Source: Amphiscolops sp. MND2022
Lineage: Eukaryota
Assembly (NCBI GenBank): GCA_964187785.1
Contig: OZ076409.1
Coordinates: 51,648,001 to 51,712,000 of the forward strand
DNA: 64,000 bases
Direction of reading: 5' to 3'
The notes beneath the pieces were generated by a model. That model ran no database searches and was not told where the DNA came from. It saw only the letters and a program-made list of their open reading frames with translations. Shown piece by piece: positions 48,609-60,277 of the stretch. Position numbers and translations under genes: made by a program. Positions within the stretch are counted from its first letter, which is position 1; every line of letters begins with the position of its first letter.

Positions 48609-50831
48609 CTGATGTTGGAAGGCCGGTAATAAAAAAGATTTGATTTTTCCAGAAATAAAAAACAGATTTCAAATCCAAAAAGAACCCACAGGTGAAATTT
48701 TGTATTGTAGCTTGAGATCTCTCGATGAGTCGTATTTCCTCTTGTGAAAGCAAGCTTCAACAGCCCAGCCTAATTGTTTCCCTAAAGTTATGCGGAGATT
48801 CTACGAAGTACCATTTATCAGAACAGAAGAGTAATGAAGATGACTTAGAAATATAGAATTCAGCCGTAGACCACGTGTTTTTTCAGGTAGGATGTTGCGG
48901 ATAGAATATAAAACTTTTATACTTGTAGCCATTTTGCGGAGGATGTTTTGCACTTCCATTAGGTTTTAGTCTAGATCAAACCCTGAAATTTTTGCAGATT
49001 TGGGTTGTTCAATGAACTCATTTTTTACCTTCAATTGAAGTTGTCGATTCTGCGACTTTTTACAAAAGATCATAAATTCTGTTCTGACATTGTTTATGTT
49101 GGGCGGCGTTTTTCAAAGAAAAGTATCACGTTTTTTATTTTGGTTTCAAGGTCTTTCATGGAATGTTCCAGCTTTCCACTTGCTGAATAGCGGGAGGGAT
49201 CGTCAGCAAACTGTACAAACTGCGTTGGTCTCTACACAGAGGAACTTAAAAAGTAAACAGAAATGTTGAATAGAAAAGGACCGTTAGTGTTCCTTGTGGT
49301 ACACCTTGATAGAGTTTTATCTTGTCGGAAGAAGATGATTGAGGAAAACCTTCTGTATCCGATTTGTAAGATACTTTTTTACCATTGAGATGGCTTGAGA
49401 TTCGTTTTTATCACCGAAGCTCTGTCATTTTAATTTCTCTTTAAGAACTTTTTGAAACGTGGTGTCAAATGCTTATGCTTTGGAGAAACCAATGAAAACA
49501 GCAGAGACAATTTATTTGAGTCGATGGCACTTTGTATGTGTTCAGTAGCACATAATGAAGCATCAGTTGTTGAAAACCTTTCCCGGAAACCAAAATGTGA
49601 AGGACCTGTAAGATTGTGTTTTTCTAAGAAACGATGTATTTGTTCCTCCAAAACATTTTCAAAGATCTTCGATAAAACACAAGTAATCAAAATCGGTGTG
49701 TGATTGTTGGGGTCTTCTGATTTACCTTTTCTCAAAATTTGGGTGACATGAACTCGTTTCAATTGCTCGGGGAAAAGTCCTTCAGAGATGAAAGCGATGA
49801 TGAGGAAGCAGAGAGGTTCTGAGATGGTCTTCAATTAGTCTCTCAGAGCCCAAGCCGGGATGTTGGACGGAACCAGAGGCTTGCGTATGTTGAGCTGCTT
49901 TAGCAATTTTGTACACGTAATGAGACTGATGGTTGAAAAACGAAAACTTCATCATTAAACAGTATTTCGTACACTTTTTCGTTTATAGACGGTTTCCCTA
50001 AATAGCCTCCTAACCTTGAAAATTGATAGAATAATAGATTTGCAATTCGTTTCTGATCCTCAATAATATCACAGAAAATGTTTCGGAGAGTGTCTATATC
50101 TGTGTTTGTTCGCTTGGTAATTCTGACCTCATTGATGAAATTACACTCCTCCCTTGCAGTTTGCAGCTTAGAAAACGCGAGTTGAAAATGGTTTTTTCAG
50201 TCATGGTTTATTTGTTCTAAACAATTTAGTTGCAATACTTCATAACTATCATCTGTTGGTTTCATTCGTTTGTTCAACCATTTTTGATGAATTGTTATAT
50301 CACTTTTATCATTTCGTATGAAAACTTTTATTTGGAACACATTTGTTCAAGGCTGTCTCGATTATAATCACAAACGCTGTCAAAAGTCTTTCGACTCAAG
50401 TTTGTTTGTAAAAATCACCCTAATTGCTACTAGCAGATGAAATTTTTTTTGATTTTTCTATGGTGGTTGTTGCAAAACAATCAATTGTTTATTTTTTAGT
50501 GTTCTGAGAGGTGTATCGGAAATGATTTTGCTGAAGTTTTCAGAATTCTTTAGATCAGTTATGACGTTATCAATCATTTTTTTGGAGTTGTCTTCCACTC
50601 TCGTATATAAATTGGTATTCAGTATTTTGAGTCCGTGAGGCAGAATGATTGTATCCAGACAATTTCTTGCATTGTTGATTTCTTCAAGGTGCGGTTACTT
50701 GTCGACAATTATGTCTTTGATGTGACCTAAAGGTCATGATGTCACAGCTATAAATAGTTGACGCTTTTCTTAGAAAAATTGTAGTTTTTTTATAACGTGA
50801 CATTCATAATTATGGTAGTCATGCAATCAAC

Positions 50832-50835
<4 letters not shown>

Positions 50836-50871
<36 letters not shown>
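50836..50871. repeat. (TA)18 microsatellite
   Basis: Read directly from the sequence. Confidence 0.95.
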
Positions 50872-50874
<3 letters not shown>

Positions 50875-50994
50875 GGGACTTAAAGTTAACAACAATTGAC
50901 TTCTAATTTCACCTGATACGATTGTGTAAATTGAAACAAACGTTAATTTACGAGATAAAGAATTTCATTTAATTTCTCCTTGTACACGTCTCTT

Positions 50995-51838
50995 ATGCCT
51001 TCTACTAGAAGACAGAAATCAAATAGGCACTCTGAGGCTAGTGTGTCACCAATTAAACAAGAAATAGGGACACTGAGGCTAGTTCGTCTCCAAATAGTCA
51101 GAAATCTATTGAGAGCAATACTGGGTTGAAAACAAAAATTAGAAAAAGGTCTCTCGGTCCAGCAACACGGAGGACATTGGTCCTTACACGGTGACAGGAG
51201 CTACCGACACCCAATGGCAAATACCTGATTTTCTGACTGGATGAATCCTCTCAATTCCGACCCTTAACCGACAGGAATCAGCTCATAATATTTCCTTGAA
51301 AACTACTCTACCAGAACAAGAGTCTGAAGCACCTGATGTACCACAAGACCCAATTAACAGATTGGCTGACGTACTAGCCAATCTGCAAAACAAACTCCAA
51401 TCAATGACATTTCCACCGGTCACAACAATCCCCATGAAATTTGATGGCAAGAGCGAAACATTTGAGCTCTTTGAAGACTAGTTCCATACGAAGATGAAAA
51501 GGCAACCCTTGATGACAGAGCAAATGAAACTTAACCATTTTCATTCCTTGCTGCGAAAAGGGGCACTGCAGACATTTCGGAACATAAACTCCATCAACCG
51601 TCGAACTCTTGAGGTCGTACTGGTCATATTCCGGAGAAAAAATGGTAAACGGGAATCCCAAGCTACGGAAAAGTACGAACGTCACAGGCTCATTTTTGAC
51701 CCTAGTTCCATGAAATTGTCGGATTTTCTTGAAGAACTCAATCATGGAGCTGAAAAAGCCTCTGATGAAAACGCAAAAAGTATGATTGACAGCTTGTTGT
51801 ACGCTAAGCTGCCGCCAAAGTTGAAACATATTAGATAA
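50995..51838 (+). pseudogene. Gag fragment of a related Gypsy family, including the LTR end and PBS-like site
   Basis: MPSTRRQK start at 50995, TACA|CGGTGACAGGAG at 51189, KFDGKSETFELFED and HFHSLLRKGALQTF. Confidence 0.8.
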
Positions 51839-54800
51839 CGTTTCAATTTGTGGTCTTCCCTAAAAAAAGTTATACACTGGTTCAATTCGACATCACACCT
51901 AATTTTTAGTTAGGATATAACGTCAAAAAAATGTCACGTTTTGTTGGAAAATGGTATTGATGTATTCAATTTTGAAAAGATTCCAAATCTCGAAACTGGT
52001 CGGAGTCGATCTCACTTTGTCCCTGCTCGCTGTTATTGCTCGCTGTTCAATGTTATATTTCTTCCACAGGAAATGATCTTAGAAACGTTCAAATTGAGAA
52101 CAGGCAACGTGTTTAGCCTCGAGCGGAAGGCGAACCAACGTTCGAGACAGGAATCGTCAGAAATTAATTACACATGCAACCGCTCTAAAACTAGTTATTT
52201 GATGTGAGGTAACGAGAAATGAAAATTGAAAAGTGGGGTGAAGTGATGTGGCATAAACAGCTATGAGGTGAGATAAATGTGGAGTGAAATAAGTGTTGTA
52301 TGAAGTGAAAATTAGATGAAATAATTACGGGGCGAAATGAACGTGGTATGATATTATTACGGTGTGAAATGAACGTATGGGAAAAGATATTAATTAGTTT
52401 AAACCAATTTCGTGCAAAACTAACCTGTGTGGTTGAAATTTTTTCGGTACGAGTAGATGTTTCGGATAAATGAGGGCGTTTCAGATCGTGGAACAAAACC
52501 CGTAGTGCCAAAACGTAACCTGTAAACTGTAGTTGTAAAAAAAGCTAACCGTACACATTTCTGAGAAAAACAAGCGAATTGTTTTATACATTTAACAGCA
52601 GTTTGTCTGAGAAAAAGACACGCGACACCCAAAACCACGCAAACTGTACGTTTCTCAGAAATACACGTACATTTCTTTTCAGATTTTCGTTTTATGCTAT
52701 ACAGTGGTGTGAAGAAAGAATGCGACTTAGCTGCACAAAAAGGCTAATTTTGCAGTCTCTTATCTCCAAAACTATTCGAAATGGTTCAATTTGGTGAAAA
52801 CAAAAATTTCTGGAAATTTTGCTATGAATACAATTGTTTTTGTTCAAAATTTCAACCATCATTGTTTCCGAAGTTAGGAACATGTGATTTTGGGAGGAAA
52901 TGATTTAAATTTGGTAATTTTTGAAAAATATCAGTGATCAAATGAATATTTTTTGATAATTTTTGCCTTGGATATACACTCAAACCTCTGGAAGACGAAG
53001 ATGAAATTTGATTTTGGATATATTTGGAAAATGTATACTGGTGGGAGCTTTACCAAGTGTAAGTCTGAAATTCCTATCTTGATACATGTATTTTCAATTT
53101 TACTGGACAAAAAAGTGCTCCCATTTTTGTTTTCTTGGTGGCTTCAACAAACAAAAACTATCATGGGATTGAGAAAAATCAGAGAAATTTTTTGGTATAA
53201 CTTTTAATGTATAAATTATCCCCGAAAAACGGTAAAATATTGAAAATACTGCATTTTGCGAGCGATCGAGGGTCGTTAAACCAATGAGATTTGAGCAGCG
53301 AGGCTTTGTGAACCAACAAGATCACAGAATTCATTGCATTCTCAGCAACTAAGTTGCATTCTTTCTTCAAACCACCGTAACTTGCAGAGGGCCTTCTCTC
53401 AAAATTTTTAAGGCTAGCAAGTTGAGTGCTTTGATAACATAACAACAAAGATTGTGATGAAGAAATTTAAATATTTCTGAAGCAAACGTGTTTTTCCAAA
53501 CCATACCCTGAAACCGTACACCGTAAACGTTAACCCATAAACCGTAATTTAAATTCAACCCCTAAGGTTTTGCACCCCAGCTAATAACTGATCAGATGTT
53601 TTTCCTAAAAGCAATACAGAGTTCATAAGTACCGTAAATGATGGTTTCTAAGGCCTGCAAGGTTCGAATTACATAACGAAAAAGCCTTTCATACTTTTTT
53701 TAAAAAATGAAGTAAGTTTTTGTAACGTCAGGCAGCCGAAACAAATTTTTGTTGAAATTCAAAAAGTGTGCGATATCCAGTATGCCAATTCAAAATGGCA
53801 GACCTGGCAGGTACAGAAAATCAAAAAAGGAGCAGACAAACGCACACACGACACCCCCACCCCACCACTATGCGCAAACAACAAACAGAAAAGAACCCCA
53901 GAAGAAGGAGATGGCAGAGAATTCCAGTGTTATGCGATCTCAACCCGAAAAATACTTCGGAAGACTCGAGAAAGACGTACAACCCATCAATGGACTTTAT
54001 CGAGAACTACGAAACCCTGGAGACCGTTTTGGGACAAAAACTGATGTCTAGACCTGTAGTTAGACAACGGTCTCCTGTTTAAGCATCCTAGGCATTATTC
54101 CATTTCTGTGATGTACTCTGCCAGGTGGACTTTACATCTAGAACAATTTTTATGACAACCACAGAAGGTTTTTTCACTTTTTCGTCAAACTAGGAGTTTT
54201 TCCTGCTTTCCGGCCCTGTTAGGTTTGGATCTACGAATACTTATTGAAGAGTCCTAGATTATTTTTATTGCGTTAGTCAAGCCTAATAGGCTTTCTTGTT
54301 ACAGAATTCCTGCGTTTCTTGCATGTTTCCGAGGTCTGGAACGAAAAAGATGCGTTTTTATAGCAAAGTACTCCTTTTGTTCCCTTTGTACCATTCGAAA
54401 TTGCTCGTCCGGCTTGACCGGATCTTGTTTCGAAGGGTTTCCAGTCTCATTTCAGCTTTTTTTCATGTATGAGAACAGTGAGGACACGGAGTGAAGGTTA
54501 CCACAAGCTGTGACGAAGAAGTGACGTCCTTCGCAGCTCTACCTCCCGACACCCATAGATTGCAGCACCGAGGACAACTGCTGTTACTTCGTCCTATTTG
54601 TATTTAAAAGCTTTAAAAGCGTATTCCCCGGCCTACCTGTAACCATACTTAATGAAAAAATACCCAGCGGGTATTCCGATGATTTTCTGAAAAAATATAC
54701 CGAGCAAGCTATAGCACCTGATGCAGCACGATTTTCGATTTTGTCACTTTCGAAAACCAAAATTTTTCAGAAGAAGGTACGGCCAGTGGGAATACAATCT

Positions 54801-56542
54801 AAACGAAGCACTGGGTGTTTCCTCCAGAGCTTTTTGAGCAGCCGCAAAACCTTGTTCCGGAACTTGGTAGTACTAAACACTACTGCCAAGACGTTGCATT
54901 AGCCTTCCCCAATAGAAATTGAAAAATTATCAGTGTCTTTTTTTGATATACATAGATCTGAGTAGGGACCCCCAGAGACCTGAGAAATACAACATCAAAA
55001 ATGATATCTGAAATTACTCCAGTCCCTTGAATAAAGTCGTCACACTTTCTCACGCAACGGTTAAAATTATTCGGAACGTCTGGATGCTGAGAAAGAAAAA
55101 TTTTTTGTTGAAATTACGTTATTTCAGTACCGTTCCGAGAGTATGAAAAATTTAATCTGTAACTTTTTTCAGAAACCTTATTCGGAACCTTATACGTTTC
55201 GCGTGCTATTTTCTGTTAGCATAGAGTATAATGTTGCTAACACAGAAAACTGCGAGCAGTTCCAACCAGTGGTTGCCGAGAAAAAGCCAAAAACGTTGTT
55301 ATGTTTTGCAAATTTTTCGGAACATTGGGGTACCGTCTATGAGAACAGTCGAAATCTCTCCCAGTAGAAGCAGCTCAAAACGGAATGCACCAAAGTTACG
55401 TTGGTGGTGTATTTTTTGTAGCGCTAGCATTACTGGTGATTGAGAAATCTTAGCCGCAGTTTTGCTCGGAAATCGTATGAAATTGTCTGAAAAATCAAAT
55501 TTTAGTTGAGCATAGTGCAATACCTTGGAGGTACCCCAGCACTGAAATTCTTGCATTTTTGCACACACGACACTAGATGCCGACGAAATGTGCATTTTGA
55601 AAAGCTTGCGACTGTCCAACTTGGAGAAATTGACAGTTTTGTACATCATAGTTCTGTCACCTCGGACTGCCGAATATCACTCAAGGCACTCTGCAGTCTT
55701 TTTTTCTATTACGTGGGCGTAATGTACTCTCGCATACGAAAATTTAGGTAGCTAGGACGCCTAGAAGGCGAGTTTGACGAACATTTGTGAATTCCACAAC
55801 ATTGCTGCGTTTTTTCTAACAACATTGCTGAGCCTCCGCAAGTCACATAAAATCATTCTTAGCGCAAACAGTGGTAACTTTTCAATGATTCAGCCAGTGT
55901 AGCACACCGTGTGAAGATTTCAGGTCGCTAGCACCGCTAGAATTGATTTTCGCTATCCTCAGACATGCGTATTGACGGAAAAACAGCTGATTTTATCATT
56001 TCGTTCACAAAAATTACTCGATTGTCGCTGTTTCAGCATCAAAAAGTGCTCTAATGGCCTCACTTTTACCTTATACACACGTGTTATGGGTCACTGAAGA
56101 GCTTCGCGCAATGGTTGGACCATTTTAACATCTGTGGTCTGCTGAAAAACAGTCTACAAGACGTACTAGTGAAAAACATAAAAAATGTGTTTGTCCTCTC
56201 ATTAGCTATCAGTGTCACTTGAGTGCATCTATTCATTGAGATTACGCATATTCAGCGCCGTGTGGGTGCTGGAGCGCGTTCATGGGCTTTTTTAGATGTT
56301 AGACTTTGTACGCTGTGCGTCTCAAAACAGAACAACGAGCACACTTGTGACTACCATTGTAGAAAAGGAACGCTTTTTCTGGTCGTACTACAATTGTATG
56401 GCTAGATATTACTCCCAACTCAGTGTCCCCCTTCCTACTCACCCCCAAAGGTCTATTTATCAGTCCCTGGTTACATTTACAGTCTTACTTGTGCTCTCCA
56501 GAAACAGGGCAGCACGATTGACAAAAAGACTTTTCAGACAAT

Positions 56543-56995
56543 CTAACATCCGTAGACAAGCAAGCCTCTAAAAAATCCGTGTTCGTCTCTCCATTGACTG
56601 TTACGACATACTATTGGGTCGTTTTGAGTAGAACTTATTCTCACTGATTTTGTGGGAGTATAGAAACTTCTGGTTTCCTCTTCTACCTCTTCATCGGTAT
56701 TTTCCCTAATAATCCCTCTTGTTTCAGGTTTGAGGAGTTTTAACATCTCTTTTTGAGATTCAATAAAAAGATTCTTAATCTCTGACGTTATTTCTTCCTT
56801 CAATGAGGTTCTCAAGCTTTCAAAGAGATTATTTTCAATCCGGGGGGATTTAGGTCTGGAAGGCCCCGCTACTTCATCGTCCTGATTCAAAGAACAAGGA
56901 TTTCCTACTACTATGGGTGAAATCAAGCCTTCACTTACGTTCTCACTGGTGCTTTGCTGATCGTTCTTTCTTTTTTGGCTTCTTGTTGTTGACAT
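56543..56995 (-). CDS. LTR-encoded Gag N-terminus of copy C 3' LTR, reading out into flanking DNA
   Basis: MSTTRSQKRK...AGPSRPKSPR...SLKEEITSEI...ETRSFYTPTK is homologous to B gag residues 1-133; it diverges after the LTR end at 56599. Confidence 0.7.
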   Translation of the reverse strand: MSTTRSQKRKNDQQSTSENVSEGLISPIVVGNPCSLNQDDEVAGPSRPKSPRIENNLFESLRTSLKEEITSEIKNLFIESQKEMLKLLKPETRGIIRENTDEEVEEETRSFYTPTKSVRISSTQNDPIVCRNSQWRDEHGFFRGLLVYGC

Positions 56996-59125
56996 TTTGT
57001 AGAAAAGTTTGATCTTGAAGAATTGTATTCCTTTCAAAGATTTTTCTGACAAAGTAGAACAAGGTGAGAGTGAAATTGAAAATTCAACTGAATTATACAA
57101 TTGCAAAAGACTGAGTCCCTTAATCATCAAATCCTATCATATTTATACCCTCCCAGCATCATTTGATCACGAACAAAACCCTAATTTCCCTTGAACAATT
57201 AGTCATTTCCTGTATTTTCGATGAAAAAATCATTTTGTTCCCAACTTTACGTCGACATTTCGTCAATTTTTGAGACACGATGATCTTCATTTAGTGTTAG
57301 TCATCAAATCTGATCATATCATTTCATCTCGGCGTCCTTTTGCTTCCTCCCAAGCAGGAAGTAGATATTACTTCAGTCTGTCAAACCGGAAATGCTTCCC
57401 TGTTTTACTGCTTTGGTTCGCGGGAAATTGACGCTGAGATGACGCTGACGTGAACAACAAATACCTGATTTTGAACTTCGCTTTGATAAAAATGCTATGA
57501 CTAATTCCAAAATAGGAATATTTGAACGATGCTAGGACGATATTTTATGAATTTGGACTCAATCCTATGCTAGAGATGAGAATGAAATCATGATATGAAA
57601 ATAATATTTGTTAGCGACTTTGTCATGTCGTGTCAAACACGACAAGATTTACAAAATTAACAGCAACGTTTGTTAAATGACAACACCAACATGACGTAAA
57701 TAACTGGACAGCAACGAATGGATTAATATAGAAAACGTGATTACAGCCACAAATACAGCGCTCAATGTTGTAGAATACGAAAATGCAAAATACATGAAAA
57801 ATACATTTCTGGTACATAATAAGCTTCTAGTTGGAGAGAATAAACTGTGACTTCCTAATTAATCTACTGTGGAATCTTGTAATAAGATGGTTTATGCACG
57901 GAAGTTCTCTTCTTGTTAAGAATACATGATTGTTACTTAACGTGAGGTTGAAATTATCCTACATGTGTCAAAACGCATCCTAAATTGGGACCTTAAACCA
58001 TGGAAAATCGACAATACGTTCATTATACAATTTGCAACAGTCTGCAATTTTCTTTCCTTAAGAAATAACGGCTTTTATGCGATGAAAACTTGACTAAATT
58101 CAGCAGATTCATTCACTTTATTCAATTTCATAAACTTGTCAACGTCATGTTGACGAGTTTTCTTGACAGAGTTGAATTTCATAAACTTGTCAACGTCATG
58201 TTGACGAGTTTTCTTGGCAGAGTTGAATTTCATAAACTTGTCAACGTCATGTTGACGAGTTTTCTTGGCAGGGCAGAGATTTTGACTAGTTTGACGCAAT
58301 GCTGCCGAGTACTTTAGAAATGAGTCTCTCGCTAGCTACCGGAGCAGTGACGTCACAGTGGCGGTAAATTGGAATGGTTTCTAGCAATGCTATTAGTATA
58401 GGCGGATAATTGGAATGATTTCCTGGTACGCTTATGCGAGGCAGTGACGTCAATTGGTATGCCTTCAAACTCGTCTGCGTCTTACTGACGACAAATATAC
58501 ATGTACTCTTGTTTCTTTCGCCGCTTTGTTTACTCAGCGCAGTATTGACGTCCTAAATCACTTTAATTGCTGTTCAAAAGAGTAATTAAGCTGTCTTTCT
58601 AAGAAAAGGCTTAACTACCACGGTGTGTTGTCTCACTGTAATTTCCTGATTTAGGTCCGAATGAAATGTAATTTCTCGGGATTAGTTTTGATGTATTTTC
58701 ATTTAGATTAGCTTATGGTCTCTTTATTCTTGGGATAGTTTTATTCTGATTTTCAGGTTGTGAATGTTTCATTTGTCGTGGTTGACTCGTCCAGCCAAAC
58801 ATGCGTGAAATCATTTTGGATTATTTTGCTTCCTTATTTCATTTCCGCCCAAATTTGCGCGCGGTAAATGTGTATTTTACATTTCCGGTACTATTTTATT
58901 CGATTTTGTGAGAGCATGAAAAATTTAGAACGCGTTCACTAGTTTTATTTGGGATTTTTGCTAGGCAAAAGTATTATTGCGTTTCAAGTCACAGTTTATT
59001 TAAATTTAGTTAGAGTTTGAGTTAATAGCCAAAATACCTTTTCGTGAGTCTTGCGGTGCACCCATGTCCACGCCCAAAACCAACTCTCCTGCATCCGCAA
59101 TCCAGTCCGGGAGCGGACTGTGACA
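56599..59125 (-). repeat. Copy C 3' LTR (2527 bp)
   Basis: TGTCACAGTCCGCTCCCGGAC start at 59125, CGTAACA end at 56599, no PBS after it. Confidence 0.9.
58127..58272. repeat. 51-bp tandem repeat (~3 units) in copy C LTR
   Basis: TTCATAAACTTGTCAACGTCATGTTGACGAGTTTTCTTG(A/G)CAGAGTTGAAT units. Confidence 0.9.
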
Positions 59126-59753
59126 GGGCCACTGTCATGGGGCGAACGGCTTTACCGGGTTGATAGAAGTCGAACGCCTGTTGCAGGTGATTTTCGCGAG
59201 TGTAGTTTTCCTTGGCTTCGTCTAGCGCTAATTTCGGCTCCTCCAGATCGTTTAGAGGACTAGTTGTCAGCAGATTTATTCTTCTCAGCGGACCAGGGGG
59301 CGTGACAAAGTATGAAGAGGCGTCTTCTTGCTGCACCTTCTCCAGATATTCGGCTACTTTGCTACTTGTTACTGATTCGGTTTGTACAGCTGGGGCTTCT
59401 ACTATGAATATGTCCGAAGACAAGCTTTCATCGGGGCTTTCCGGGGAGTCAGCAATAACTTCTTCGGTCGACTCAGAGTGGGGGTATTGTCCCGATTCTA
59501 CTGTTTCAAAACTAGAGAACGACTCACTCAGCTTCATTTTCTTGCATTCTGTTTCTAGTGAATTTACCGATAGGTCGAGGCATTCCTCTTCATCTGCGTT
59601 CGCCTCTGCTGATGAGTTCAGAATTTCGATGACCAACCCCGGATAGGCTCTGCTGTCACTAGGTATTGGGGTAGACGATCTTGTTATTTCGCCCTCCTCC
59701 TCGCTTGATGACGAGATGTCGATCAGTTCGTAGATATCTAACAAGTTGTTCAT
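59022..59753 (-). CDS. ORF3 homolog in copy C (243 aa)
   Basis: LLDIYELIDISSSSEEEGEI, LETECKKMKLS, YFVTPPGPLRR and RPMTVALSQSAPGLDCGCRRVGFGRGHGC are conserved with 39428..40186. Confidence 0.85.
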   Translation of the reverse strand: MNNLLDIYELIDISSSSEEEGEITRSSTPIPSDSRAYPGLVIEILNSSAEANADEEECLDLSVNSLETECKKMKLSESFSSFETVESGQYPHSESTEEVIADSPESPDESLSSDIFIVEAPAVQTESVTSSKVAEYLEKVQQEDASSYFVTPPGPLRRINLLTTSPLNDLEEPKLALDEAKENYTRENHLQQAFDFYQPGKAVRPMTVALSQSAPGLDCGCRRVGFGRGHGCTARLTKRYFGY

Positions 59754-59759
59754 TCTGTG

Positions 59760-60270
59760 ACGAAATTTCTTGGCTGCTATGTTTCGAGTTTGATTGTTTC
59801 ACAATGAATTTCCTCGGATATTTAGGATTACTGAGAATGTTGGGATAATTCCTTCATTCTGATTGGTTAATCAATCTTTTTAATCCTTTCGATCTGCAGT
59901 TGTTGACGTTATGTCGACAGCTCTTTTTATTGGCCAAGAAATTGAAGTAATTCTTTTAACCAAACTTGTCAACGTTATGCTGACGTCATTTTCGCTAGCT
60001 TAGCTAACTTTTGTGATTTGTCACCGTTATGATGACGTCATTTTAGATTACAGGATTAATCTCTTAATCTCTATAACCTTTTTGTCGACGTTATGCCGAC
60101 GTCAATTTCGTTGGTAATTAGCCAACTTTCATTTTTGTCACCGTTATGATGACGTCATTTTAGGGTATTGGATTAATTTCTTAACCCAGATAACCTTTTG
60201 TCGACGTTATGCCGACGTCAATTTCACTGTTGTTTCCACGTCTCCTCTTTTTCAGATTGCTGTTGAAAAA
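59760..60270. promoter_or_regulatory. Putative bidirectional promoter of copy C
   Basis: ATTGG boxes (~59862, ~59929), TGACGTCA at ~59981, ~60033 and ~60150, and a tandem duplication of a ~117-bp block. Confidence 0.6.
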
Positions 60271-60277
60271 GAAAAGA

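Larger units (their letters stand above)
43800..50760 (-). mobile_element. Degenerate LINE (CR1/L2-like ORF2), interrupted by the BEL derivative
   Basis: RT motifs FPEQLK...KGKSEDPNNHTPI...LSKIFE, HFGFR..FSTTDA, GVPQG (~49295) and QFADD (~49205); APE-like TRV...IDNVIT near 50570. Ends approximate. Confidence 0.75.

Noticed and set aside
51840..56590. Many short ORFs, possibly decayed repeats or host exons
   Set aside because: No recognisable domain, termini or consistent splice pattern; left unannotated.
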